DNA of 44,254 bases from the UHGV virus genome UHGV-1376702; one strand, written 5' to 3'. Position numbers and translations under genes: made by a program. The notes beneath the pieces are model-generated. The model had not been told where the DNA came from, did no database searches, and saw only the letters and a program-made list of their open reading frames with translations. This document shows, piece after piece, positions 26,274-35,126 of the stretch. The first letter of the stretch is position 1. Every line of letters starts with the position of its first letter. This stretch comes from a virus.

Positions 26274-26677
26274 CTAGGGGTCAGGTCAGGGCCGTAACAT
26301 TGAAGCTGCTAAAAGAGCAATGTGGGCTGTGTCTAATATGTGGCAAGCCTATAGAGATTACTGCCAAGAGCACCTCTGGGGATGGGCCCGCGCTAGACCA
26401 CTCGCACCGCACCGGACACATCCGAGGGGTGTTGCACCGCTCATGTAACGGGGGTATTGGCCGAGCAGAGTCTGTAATAGGCCGGTGGGTTACAGGGTCT
26501 ATGCAAGATGAGGCGGCCATTGTCGAGGATATGCAGCGTATGGTAGACTATCTACGTAGGCCCGAAACTGAGTTAATTTACTACACACACCGCAGTCCAG
26601 AAGAATTGGCACAGGCACAGAAGCTCAAGGCCCGCAAGGCCCGGGCACGACGCAAAGCACGGGAGACTATTAAATGA
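26255..26677 (+). CDS. endonuclease VII-like (T4 gp49-type) junction-resolving nuclease
   Basis: 140 aa; CGLCLIC ... LDHSHRTGHIRGVLHRSCNGGIG matches the endo VII zinc/HNH-like core; basic C-terminal tail. Confidence 0.65.
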   Translation: MAARRITRGQVRAVTLKLLKEQCGLCLICGKPIEITAKSTSGDGPALDHSHRTGHIRGVLHRSCNGGIGRAESVIGRWVTGSMQDEAAIVEDMQRMVDYLRRPETELIYYTHRSPEELAQAQKLKARKARARRKARETIK

Positions 26678-27051
26678 CAGGTACTGTTCTAGCCAACTGC
26701 GCAGGTTACTGTGAGGCCTGCAATGGGGATGACCGCTACCCGCACAGAGACTCTATAGCGGTTAGGATGCAAAGAGCTAAACTAGCAACCACCCCGGAGC
26801 CTACTGTAGTAGGTACTACAGATGCAGTGAACTCCCCGAAGCACTACCAGTTCTTCCCGGACCTGGAGGCAATTGAGGTGATTGCACGCAGTATGACGAA
26901 AGAGCAGTTCTACGGATACTGCCTGGGGAACCGGCTCAAGTACAGACTGCGCGCCGGGAACAAGGATAAGCTGGAACAAGACATTGCCAAGTCCGACAAG
27001 TACTCAGAACTATACGAGCAACACAGAGGTAAGTGCATTGACGCCAAGTGA
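26674..27051 (+). CDS. conserved phage protein with DUF3310-like C-terminal motif
   Basis: 125 aa; Cys-rich N-terminus (C-x3-C-x2-C); C-terminal SPKHYQ ... EAIEV ... GNRLKYRLRAGNK pattern recalled for DUF3310-type phage proteins; low certainty. Confidence 0.4.
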   Translation: MTGTVLANCAGYCEACNGDDRYPHRDSIAVRMQRAKLATTPEPTVVGTTDAVNSPKHYQFFPDLEAIEVIARSMTKEQFYGYCLGNRLKYRLRAGNKDKLEQDIAKSDKYSELYEQHRGKCIDAK

Positions 27052-27192
27052 GTGGTGCCACGGGATGTGGTGGAAAGCAGTAGAGCGGGGAGACGAACGC
27101 GCCGCTAAAGACTACCTGGAGATGTACAATCTCTGGGTAAGTCGCAATCAGTAGTTAGAAGTACCGGACATAACCAAGGAGACTAAGCGCCT

Positions 27193-29661
27193 ATGATTAG
27201 CGCCCTGAATACGGTTGTAGTACCAGAGGAAGCACTGGTGAAACGCCAGCTGGAGCTCGAAGAGACCTATAAGATTCGCGGAATCGAGCGGGCACGTAAG
27301 CTGATTACGGACGCATTGCAGAACGGCGGGATTATGAACCTGCCGATGACGCAGCGTATGCTCACCTCGGCATATGAGGTGGCTGCTGCCGCTATCGACG
27401 AGATGCGAAACGTCAAAGTCCCGGGCATTGGTGGTAAGTACCGCCGGTTCCTGCGCTTAGTCCCCTTGGATGTCCTGACCACACTGAGCCTGTGCACAAT
27501 GTTTGAAGCGTTTAGCGTCGCCCCCGGCGAGTCTGCTAGTCGCCGCCAGACTGCGCAGGCGGTAATGTCCGCACTGGGCCGGAACGTGCAGTCAGAGCTA
27601 CTGGCTCTGCAGTTACGCAACGTAGCCCCAGCGTACATGGACCGAGTATATGAGTATCTCACAGAGCGCCGTACGAAGTCCCCTACGCACATCCTGCGTA
27701 CGCTCCGTGCCAGTGCCGAGAATGTGCACTATGGGCACGAGCCTTGGACCAATGCCCAGAACATCTCCGTAGGGCGTCTGCTGTGTGCCGCGGTGTTTGA
27801 GACTGGCTTGTTCCAGTGGAAGACAGGTAGCGGGAACCTGAGCATGCTCTACCCGGCTGATGACGTTATGGAGGCCTTCCAGAAACTGGTGGAATCTGCC
27901 GACACTGTAACGATGAAGCCGCCTATGCTGGTCCCCCCGGTGCAGCACACCACTATGTGGGATGGTGGGTACCTTACTCCTATCGACAACCGCGGTACGT
28001 ACCATAACTCGCACATCGACCGCTCCAGGCTGCGTGAAGTGGCGGAAGCATTTAAGTCCGCGGATGGCATCAAGAAGGCGCTTAATAAGGCACAGGAAAC
28101 CCCATACCGTATTAATAAGCGCATACTGGAACTGGTGCAAGAAGCACGGGCCCTGGGTATTGGGATAGGTATGCCCCGCTCAATACCGGAGCCGAAGCCT
28201 GAGTGGTACTTGGATGGTGTACCAAAAGAGAACTACACCGAAGAAGAACTGGACCGCTTCGGTGAGTGGAAGACGCGTATGTCCCTGTGGTACAGTGCTG
28301 ACCGTAAGCGTGTGTCGCAACTACGCAGCCTTCTGACTACGTTGGAGATGGCAGAGGAATTCAAAGATGAGAAAGCCCTGTACTTCCCGACTTGTGTGGA
28401 CTGGCGCTACCGCCTGTACTTCAAGTCCTCGTTGCACCCGCAGGGTTCTGATTTGCAGAAGGCTCTGCTGGAATTCGGTAGAGGTAAACCTCTTGGAGAG
28501 AGAGGGTTGTTCTGGCTTAAAGTGCACGTCGCCACTTGCTTTGGTTATGACAAAACCCTATTCGAAGACCGCGCAGATTGGGTGGATAAAAATATGGCAG
28601 TTGTCCGCTCAGTTGCAGAGAATCCATTTGATTCGGACGCTTTTAAGCAGGCCGATTCACCGTGGTGTTTCTTGGCAGCAGTGCTCGACCTGGTGGCTGC
28701 TCTGGATTCTCCGTGCCCAGAAGAGTACATCTCCAGAACTCCGGTTGCTATGGACGCCACAAACTCAGGTGGACAGCACCTCTCAGCGCTCCTGAGAGAC
28801 CCTGTAGGCGGTCGTCTGACGAACCTGTACTGGGAAGGTAACGACAAGAAAGCGGACCTGTACATGGACGTGAAGCGCCGCACGGATGAGAAGGTGATAC
28901 TGGACCTGGACAAGGAGGATTTCGTTATCCAGAGCACGTACTGGAGAGAGAACGAAATCACCCGCAGCATGACCAAGCGCCCAAGTATGACCTACTTCTA
29001 CAGCGCCACGGTGCGTAGCTGCAGCGACTACATCTTTGAAGGCGCTTGCGCTGAGGGATACGAGGGTACCGATACTAACAGTCTGTGGAACCTGTCGTGC
29101 TACCTGGCACCGCGTATGCGCGCCGCTATAGAGGAGGCAAACCCCGCTGCTGCGGCAGTTATGGGGTACTTGCAGAATCTCGCTAGACGCGTACCGGCAA
29201 GCCAGCACCTGCAGTGGTATACGCCGCTGGGTGGGCTCGTAATGAACCGTTACACGCAGCGTGAAGAAGTGCGTGTACGTATTGACTGCATGAACCTGTC
29301 AGCGGTACTGGTACACAACCGGGACTTCAAAACTTGTAACAAGCGCAAGGCGGCCTCCGGGATTGCCCCAAACTTTGTGCATAGCCTGGACAGTACGCAC
29401 TTGATGATGGTGCTCTGCGCTGCGGAGGGGTTGGACATTGTGCCTATTCACGACTCGCTGGCTACTCACGCAGCTGACGTCGACACTATGCATAGGCACA
29501 TCCGTGAGCAGTTTGTGCGTCTATATGAAGAGAATGACCTGCTTGGCGATATTACTCGGGCAGCGGCAGCAGCCGGGGCAGACTTGACGGACCTGGACAT
29601 GCCAGAGGTGGGCACTTTGGACATCCGGCAAGTGCTAGAATCCCCGTTCTTCTTCTGCTAA
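27193..29661 (+). CDS. single-subunit DNA-directed RNA polymerase (T7-like)
   Basis: 822 aa; catalytic motifs DATNSGGQHLSALLRD (T7: DGSCSGIQHFSAMLRD) and PNFVHSLDSTHLMM (T7: PNFVHSQDGSHL). Confidence 0.95.
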   Translation: MISALNTVVVPEEALVKRQLELEETYKIRGIERARKLITDALQNGGIMNLPMTQRMLTSAYEVAAAAIDEMRNVKVPGIGGKYRRFLRLVPLDVLTTLSLCTMFEAFSVAPGESASRRQTAQAVMSALGRNVQSELLALQLRNVAPAYMDRVYEYLTERRTKSPTHILRTLRASAENVHYGHEPWTNAQNISVGRLLCAAVFETGLFQWKTGSGNLSMLYPADDVMEAFQKLVESADTVTMKPPMLVPPVQHTTMWDGGYLTPIDNRGTYHNSHIDRSRLREVAEAFKSADGIKKALNKAQETPYRINKRILELVQEARALGIGIGMPRSIPEPKPEWYLDGVPKENYTEEELDRFGEWKTRMSLWYSADRKRVSQLRSLLTTLEMAEEFKDEKALYFPTCVDWRYRLYFKSSLHPQGSDLQKALLEFGRGKPLGERGLFWLKVHVATCFGYDKTLFEDRADWVDKNMAVVRSVAENPFDSDAFKQADSPWCFLAAVLDLVAALDSPCPEEYISRTPVAMDATNSGGQHLSALLRDPVGGRLTNLYWEGNDKKADLYMDVKRRTDEKVILDLDKEDFVIQSTYWRENEITRSMTKRPSMTYFYSATVRSCSDYIFEGACAEGYEGTDTNSLWNLSCYLAPRMRAAIEEANPAAAAVMGYLQNLARRVPASQHLQWYTPLGGLVMNRYTQREEVRVRIDCMNLSAVLVHNRDFKTCNKRKAASGIAPNFVHSLDSTHLMMVLCAAEGLDIVPIHDSLATHAADVDTMHRHIREQFVRLYEENDLLGDITRAAAAAGADLTDLDMPEVGTLDIRQVLESPFFFC

Positions 29662-29666
29662 AAATT

Positions 29667-29685
29667 TAATGTTACAGGAGTAGGA
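29667..29685 (+). promoter_or_regulatory. conserved motif copy 2 (TAATGTTACAGGAGTAGGA); candidate phage-RNAP promoter
   Basis: Identical 17-mer core immediately downstream of the RNAP gene and directly abutting the ATG at 29686. Confidence 0.35.
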
Positions 29686-30126
29686 ATGAAGTTAAAACAC
29701 ACTAGTAAAACTTCCGACTACACTCTCAAGGTTCTGTATAAATCTGACGACGTTACAGACGCAGTGAAGCAACTGCACGAACTGGGCCATGGCATTAGTC
29801 GGGGCCTGGCTCCAGAGCAGCACTACTGGAGGGTGTTGGGAAGTATACTGGGTAAACAGTATATACTAGGAGTCTATGACTCCAAAGGCGACTTAGTCGG
29901 TGCTGTCAGCTACTACCCAGAGGCTGTAGAGGACTGTCATTACGTAGAGCCTGTGCTGTATACAGACTTCTTCGTATTGAAACCGGACAACGGCGCGGCA
30001 GTGTCTGTGATTATGCAGGGCCTGCACGCAATAGCCAAGTGCATGCGCGCTGGGCGTATCGCCATTAGCCGAAGCACGTCCAGTAACACGTACAAAACAA
30101 CTTATCATTTAGTGAGGTCAGAATGA
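29686..30126 (+). CDS. hypothetical protein
   Basis: 146-aa ORF, A+T-richer than neighbours; no secure motif. Confidence 0.5.
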   Translation: MKLKHTSKTSDYTLKVLYKSDDVTDAVKQLHELGHGISRGLAPEQHYWRVLGSILGKQYILGVYDSKGDLVGAVSYYPEAVEDCHYVEPVLYTDFFVLKPDNGAAVSVIMQGLHAIAKCMRAGRIAISRSTSSNTYKTTYHLVRSE

Positions 30127-30386
30127 GTGGTGGTTTAGGTAAACTGTTAGGCAAGGCCACGGATATGCTGGGCCTTACTGACAACGCAGGATTAGAGGCG
30201 CAGCAGCGCTTGGCAGAGCAACAGGCCAGCGCAGCTAAACAACAGGCTGCCTTAGAGGCTAATAGCGCCGCAGATAATATTGCTGAGATTGACCCTGCAG
30301 GGGCTGCCTCTGCATCTGCAGATGCAATTACGTCTGAGCAGAAGAAACGGCGACAAGCAGGGCAGAGCAATCCTCTGGGCCTGTAA
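30123..30386 (+). CDS. hypothetical small protein
   Basis: 87 aa, Ala/Gln-rich; immediately upstream of the portal gene. Confidence 0.45.
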   Translation: MSGGLGKLLGKATDMLGLTDNAGLEAQQRLAEQQASAAKQQAALEANSAADNIAEIDPAGAASASADAITSEQKKRRQAGQSNPLGL

Positions 30387-30395
30387 GGGGGTAGC

Positions 30396-31991
30396 TTGGA
30401 ACAAAAAGCAACATTAGCAGAACTCTTTAAGAAGGACCAGGACGCGGGCGTCTTGGATGCCTCTGAGAAGTTCGCGCAGTGGACACTCAGCACTATCTTT
30501 ACCCGGGACGATTCCCTGGACGGTAGACGCAGACCGCTAGAGCGTGACTACCAGAGCACCGGAGCGCAGCTGGTCAACACTGCAGCCACTAAGATTGTAG
30601 GCGCACTGTTCCCGCAAGGCACTAGCTTCTTCCGGTTCTCCAAGAGTTCGGACCTGGACGAGTTCATTAGTTCGCTGGGTAGTGCAGCTACAGCAGAATC
30701 TAAGCTGGCCGAGGTCGAGAACACAGCGTCACAGAAAGTATTTGAGAAAGACGGTTATGCTGCGAAGTTGCAAGCTGTGAAGCTGCTGCTGGTTACAGGT
30801 AACGCGTTGGAGTATATTGATGAGCGGACAGGTAAATCCATCGTCTACTCAGTCCGTAACTTTACCGTTCGAAGGGATGGCAGCGGGAACGTCCTGCGAC
30901 TCATTATCAGAGAGCGCGCAAGCGTCCAGGACCTGCCAGAGAGTTTCCAGAACACCTTCTACCGTGACAAAGACCCATACGGCGACGTTGATATCTACAC
31001 TGCCGCTTGTCGCAAGGTTAAGCGGACAGAGGAAGGCGTAGAGGTAGTAAGCTACGAGGTGTACCAAGAAGCAGACGGACACCGCATTGGGGACAGCAGC
31101 ACCTATCCTGAGCTGGAGCTTCCATACAACGTGCTGGTGTGGAACCTTGTTAGCGGTGAGCACTACGGACGCGGCTTGGTAGAGGACTACGCCGGGGACT
31201 TCGCTAGATTATCAGTGCTGTCAGAAGCGTTAACTAACTACGAAGTTGAGTCTGCGCGGTTAATTCCGCTGGTTGACGCAAGCTCCGGGCTGGACGTGGA
31301 CGAATTCGCAACGTCGGAGACGGGCGAGGCTGTGCAGGTGGGTGGTGGTGGTTCCAACGGGAACAACAAGTCCCCAGTCACTGCTTACGAGGGCGGCTCT
31401 GCCCAGAAGATTCAGTGGATTGCCAGCAACATTCAGATGCTCGAACAGAAACTGTCTCGTGCGTTTATGTACACCGGTAACTCACGGCAAGGTGAGCGTG
31501 TCACGGCTTACGAGATTCGCCAGAATGCCAAAGAGGCGGAAGCCGCTATGGGCGGTGGGTTCAGTATCCTGAGCGACACCTGGCTGCGTAAGCTGGCGTA
31601 CCTGTATACTGCACTGGTGTATCCTCGCTTTAAGCTTTATCTCAGCGAAGGTGTAGTGAACATCAACGTTACGGTGGGTACTTCTGCACTGGCTAAAGCC
31701 GCGGCGGCGGACAAGCTGTTAGAGGCGGCACAATCCATGCAGCTGGCTATCCCGGTGCTTGAGCAGATTACTCCGCGCTTCAACAAAGATGCGTGCGTAG
31801 ATTGGTACTTCGACGCCTACGGTATCGTCAGCGAGCCGTTCATGTACACCGAAGAGCAGCTGCAGCAGAAGCAACAGGTTCAGGATGCGTCTGCCGATGT
31901 ATCCGCGGGTGCAGCGCAGGACCAACTCCAGGGCTTGACAGCAGCAGACCCGACAGTAGCAGGTAAGCAGCTGGGCTTATTACCAAGTTAA
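30396..31991 (+). CDS. portal (head-tail connector) protein
   Basis: 531 aa (TTG start after TAAGGGGG); size and position (first large gene of the structural module, before scaffold and capsid) match T7 gp8-type portal. Confidence 0.8.
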   Translation: MEQKATLAELFKKDQDAGVLDASEKFAQWTLSTIFTRDDSLDGRRRPLERDYQSTGAQLVNTAATKIVGALFPQGTSFFRFSKSSDLDEFISSLGSAATAESKLAEVENTASQKVFEKDGYAAKLQAVKLLLVTGNALEYIDERTGKSIVYSVRNFTVRRDGSGNVLRLIIRERASVQDLPESFQNTFYRDKDPYGDVDIYTAACRKVKRTEEGVEVVSYEVYQEADGHRIGDSSTYPELELPYNVLVWNLVSGEHYGRGLVEDYAGDFARLSVLSEALTNYEVESARLIPLVDASSGLDVDEFATSETGEAVQVGGGGSNGNNKSPVTAYEGGSAQKIQWIASNIQMLEQKLSRAFMYTGNSRQGERVTAYEIRQNAKEAEAAMGGGFSILSDTWLRKLAYLYTALVYPRFKLYLSEGVVNINVTVGTSALAKAAAADKLLEAAQSMQLAIPVLEQITPRFNKDACVDWYFDAYGIVSEPFMYTEEQLQQKQQVQDASADVSAGAAQDQLQGLTAADPTVAGKQLGLLPS

Positions 31992-32005
31992 CAACAGAGG
32001 CATAG

Positions 32006-32848
32006 ATGGATAACGTAGAAAACGGTCAGAACGTAGAAACTACACAGGTAGAGAACCAAGGTGGCCCTAAGATTCCGGGCCTAGGTGCTCCCCTTAGCGC
32101 CCCGAACAATCAAGGCGTGCAGGATGCACAGACCCCTACCCAGCAGCAACAGGGCAAAGATTCCCCTGACCCTGCTAAGATTCCTCTGGATATCGAAGCC
32201 CTAAAAGCGGCCCTGGATAAGGGTGGCGATAGCGCTAAAGAGCAGCCCCAGGAGCTGGCTAAGACAGGCAACCCGACGATTGATGCCGGTGTAGCTATGT
32301 TGCAGAAAGTCTCTGGGTTAACTGACTCTGATATGGTGCGGGCACTTGGTAAGGCCCTGGAGTATCAGGACCCTAACCTAATCGATACGGCCTTCATTAA
32401 GGAACGTTTCGGAGAGCACGCTGCTTATGCAGAGTTGCTGGCTAAAGCGTACCTGGAAGACCAGGTTGGTCAAGCCACCAAAGCAGTACAAGAAGCTTAC
32501 GATATCGTGGGCGGTAAGGAGAACTGGGAGGTAGCAGCGCAGCTGTTTAATTCCAAGGCCCCTGAACCTCTGCGTAACGCAGCTCGTGTACTCGCTAACT
32601 CGGGTGAGCTCAAGCAGGCCGCTGAGTTGGTAGCAAGCTTCTGCCGGGATATGGGTCTTATCAAGACACAGAACCCAATGGTACGAGGCGTGGCCAGCAA
32701 CAATGCACTGTCTGCTGCGGAATTCCGCGCAGAATATACCAAACTCCGTCAGGAAGCGGGCAACCGTAGCTTGGCGTCTCCACAGTTCAGTCAACGTTAT
32801 AACGATTTGCTCGCACGCCGTGAAGCTGGTAAGCGCGTAGGTCTTTAA
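32006..32848 (+). CDS. scaffolding protein
   Basis: 280 aa, acidic and Ala/Gln-rich helical protein between portal and capsid genes. Confidence 0.7.
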   Translation: MDNVENGQNVETTQVENQGGPKIPGLGAPLSAPNNQGVQDAQTPTQQQQGKDSPDPAKIPLDIEALKAALDKGGDSAKEQPQELAKTGNPTIDAGVAMLQKVSGLTDSDMVRALGKALEYQDPNLIDTAFIKERFGEHAAYAELLAKAYLEDQVGQATKAVQEAYDIVGGKENWEVAAQLFNSKAPEPLRNAARVLANSGELKQAAELVASFCRDMGLIKTQNPMVRGVASNNALSAAEFRAEYTKLRQEAGNRSLASPQFSQRYNDLLARREAGKRVGL

Positions 32849-32873
32849 TTTTATTTATAAAGGAAACTAAAGC

Positions 32874-33893
32874 ATGGCCAACACTATTTATAATGGCAAC
32901 CTGACTCGTCCGCACTGGGGCGGCGCAGACTCCGACGTAGACGTTCACCTGGAAGTGTACCAGAACGAAGTGGATACCCGCTTCCAGTACCAGGCTCTAT
33001 TCCTGGGCCTCTCCAGCCAGCGCTCTATCAGCGGTTCCAACACCTACCGTATTGACCGACTGAACACCTCCTCGGTGAAAGGTCGTCGCTCCGGTGAGGC
33101 GCTGGATAGCACTCCGGTCCGTAACGATAAGATGATTATCGTGGTGGATACGGTGCTGTATATCCGTAACCCGATTGACTACCAGGATGACTGGACCGGT
33201 CCGGACTTCCTGACTGAGATGGGCCAGAACAACGGCTCGGAGTTCGCGGAGACCTTCGACCAGGCGCACCTGATTCAGCTCATCAAGGGCCGTTCCTGGG
33301 TTGCTCCGGCGCACTTGAAACCGGCGTTCAACGACGGTATCGAGGTAGGCGCAGCTATCCTGGTTCCGGGTACCACCACCGCCACTCAGCTGACCCAGGC
33401 TGAGATGGAGGCGAACGCCATGAACATCAACCTGGCCCACAAGGCTGGTATTGACGAACTCATCAAGCGTAAGACCCCGCTGGCGGACATGATTACCCTG
33501 GTGGACGTCGATACCTATTCGCGTCTGCTGGAGCATCCGAAGCTCCTGAACCTGGACTTCGGCGCGTCCAACAATGATGGTTACAAAGACCGTCGTGTAG
33601 TGAAGATGAACGGTGTACCTGTAGTTGAGTGCACCGAGTTCCCGACCGCTGCTGGTACGCACCCGCTGGGCTCCGCTTACACCATCACCGCTGACGACGC
33701 GCTGTGCCGTATGGTGACTTTCAGCAAGTCCAAGACCCTGGTGACTGTTGAGGCTAAGCCGTTCACCTCCCGTATCTGGGATGATGAGCGAGAGTTCAGC
33801 AACGTGCTGGACTGCTACGCAATGTACAACATCGGTCTGCGTCGTCCGGACACCGCTGCAGTGACCAAGTTCACCTTCACCACCAAGTCCTAA
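32874..33893 (+). CDS. major capsid protein
   Basis: 339 aa; RBS AAGGAAA; co-linear resemblance to T7 gp10A (e.g. KMIIVVDTVLYIRNPIDYQD versus T7 KVITIDGLLTADVLIYDIED); followed by a strong terminator. Confidence 0.85.
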   Translation: MANTIYNGNLTRPHWGGADSDVDVHLEVYQNEVDTRFQYQALFLGLSSQRSISGSNTYRIDRLNTSSVKGRRSGEALDSTPVRNDKMIIVVDTVLYIRNPIDYQDDWTGPDFLTEMGQNNGSEFAETFDQAHLIQLIKGRSWVAPAHLKPAFNDGIEVGAAILVPGTTTATQLTQAEMEANAMNINLAHKAGIDELIKRKTPLADMITLVDVDTYSRLLEHPKLLNLDFGASNNDGYKDRRVVKMNGVPVVECTEFPTAAGTHPLGSAYTITADDALCRMVTFSKSKTLVTVEAKPFTSRIWDDEREFSNVLDCYAMYNIGLRRPDTAAVTKFTFTTKS

Positions 33894-33904
33894 TTGGAGG
33901 TTCA

Positions 33905-34087
33905 ATGGCAGTAATCGCTACGTTCGGTCTGGAGACTCTCCGGGCCAATGCAGCTCAGCGGGAGGCGGTTAAGGCCGCCACCGATGTAGCGAAGAACATC
34001 CAGGTGGCTTCGGTTGAATCTGGCCGCAAGGCTACCAAGAAAACCCGTAAGGCGGCTGACGCAGCCGCTGATACTACGGAAGAGTAA
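33905..34087 (+). CDS. hypothetical small protein in capsid transcription unit
   Basis: 60 aa; RBS GGAGG 7 nt upstream; Ala/Lys-rich. Confidence 0.4.
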   Translation: MAVIATFGLETLRANAAQREAVKAATDVAKNIQVASVESGRKATKKTRKAADAAADTTEE

Positions 34088-34136
34088 ACAGTTAACGGCA
34101 ATTGAACCTGCCTAGTTCCGTTTGATGAGGAAACCT

Positions 34137-34469
34137 ATGAAAGATATCCGTAACATTATAACCGGTATGACCCGCATGGAGGCCATAACCCAAGGTGGTG
34201 TAGAGTACGGCACAGAGGTGTGGCACAAACGCTGCACTGGGGACAGTACAGCCAATGCTCTGCGCATCATCTCAGAGGCCATGTTAAAGCAGGCTGTACC
34301 TGTTAGGGTTGAGCAGTACGTAGTAAGCGGCACCCACACCCGGGAACCTAAGCACGTGTTTGATTTGTGCCGATATCTGGTGGATGTTATGGGTCTTCGG
34401 GGTTTTACGTTTAACGCAGCAGCTAGAACTGTTGAGTGTAACGTGTTCGAGCCTGTTAACAAACAGTAA
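34137..34469 (+). CDS. hypothetical protein in capsid transcription unit
   Basis: About 110 aa from ATG 34137 (RBS GAGGAAACC); track ORF 34122 starts at an upstream TTG; four Cys residues; directly followed by the terminator. Confidence 0.45.
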   Translation: MKDIRNIITGMTRMEAITQGGVEYGTEVWHKRCTGDSTANALRIISEAMLKQAVPVRVEQYVVSGTHTREPKHVFDLCRYLVDVMGLRGFTFNAAARTVECNVFEPVNKQ

Positions 34470-34474
34470 TACGC

Positions 34475-34512
34475 GCCCCTGGTGCCTTCGGGTGCCAGGG
34501 GCTTTTTTTTTG
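34475..34512 (+). terminator. strong rho-independent terminator (UUCG tetraloop hairpin + U9)
   Basis: CCCCTGGTGCC-TTCG-GGTGCCAGGGG (11-bp stem with two G-U pairs) followed by nine T; analogous in position to T7 T-phi after the capsid gene. Confidence 0.75.
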
Positions 34513-34556
34513 TCCCTGTCTTAAGGGTCCAAGGGGTCTTTAATAGAGGAACAAAT

Positions 34557-35117
34557 ATGAGAGAATTAGACGCTGTGAACCTGACGCTGGAAGCCCTGGG
34601 GGAGTCCCGCGTTATGGACATCAACACCAGCAACCCAAGCGCTGGGTTAGCTCGCTCTGCGCTTGCGCGCAATCGGCGCGGGCTGCTCAGCACAGGGTTC
34701 TGGTTTAACGTGGTCGAGCGTGAAGTTGCCCCTACTGCTGACGGCTTTATTAAAGTGCCGTGGAACCAACTGGCCGTGTACGATGCTGGCTCTGACTCCA
34801 AATACGGGGTCCGTGATGGGAACCTGTACGACCTTATGGAGCAGAACCAGTACTTCGACAGCTCCGTTAAGCTCAAAATAGTCCTGGACTTGGACTTTGA
34901 GGACCTGCCGGAGCATGCGGCTATGTGGGTGGCTAACTACACCACTGCACAGGTGTATCTAAACGACCTGGGCGGCGACAGTAACTACGCTAATTACGCA
35001 CAGGAAGCTGAGCGCTACAAGAGCATGGTGCTGCGTGAGCATCTGCGCAACCAGAGATTCAGCACCAGCAAGACCCGCTTTGCTCGTAGAATCCGCCGCG
35101 CTCGTTTTATGGTTTAA
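34557..35117 (+). CDS. tail tubular protein A (T7 gp11-like)
   Basis: Start refined to ATG 34557 (RBS AGAGGA); the track's 5' extension from 34482 runs through the terminator hairpin. About 186 aa; N-terminus parallels T7 gp11. Confidence 0.75.
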   Translation: MRELDAVNLTLEALGESRVMDINTSNPSAGLARSALARNRRGLLSTGFWFNVVEREVAPTADGFIKVPWNQLAVYDAGSDSKYGVRDGNLYDLMEQNQYFDSSVKLKIVLDLDFEDLPEHAAMWVANYTTAQVYLNDLGGDSNYANYAQEAERYKSMVLREHLRNQRFSTSKTRFARRIRRARFMV

Positions 35118-35126
35118 GGAGAGGTT

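Noticed and set aside
32997-33905. 302-aa minus-strand ORF
   Set aside because: Antisense to the major capsid gene; Gly/Val/Arg-rich junk composition.
33850-33910. Programmed -1 frameshift extending the capsid protein into ORF 33905..34087 (T7 10A/10B-like)
   Set aside because: The downstream ORF is in the -1 frame and that frame is open across the capsid 3' end, but I found no X-XXY-YYZ slippery heptamer near the capsid stop, and the small ORF has its own GGAGG RBS; independent initiation is the simpler reading.
34482-34556. GTG-initiated 5' extension of the tail tubular A ORF
   Set aside because: The extension reads through the terminator hairpin and U-tract (giving GFFFVPVL); the ATG at 34557 with RBS AGAGGA yields an N-terminus that parallels T7 gp11.
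34112-34876. 254-aa minus-strand ORF spanning the terminator
   Set aside because: Antisense to two + strand genes and would read through the strong + strand terminator hairpin; composition not protein-like.
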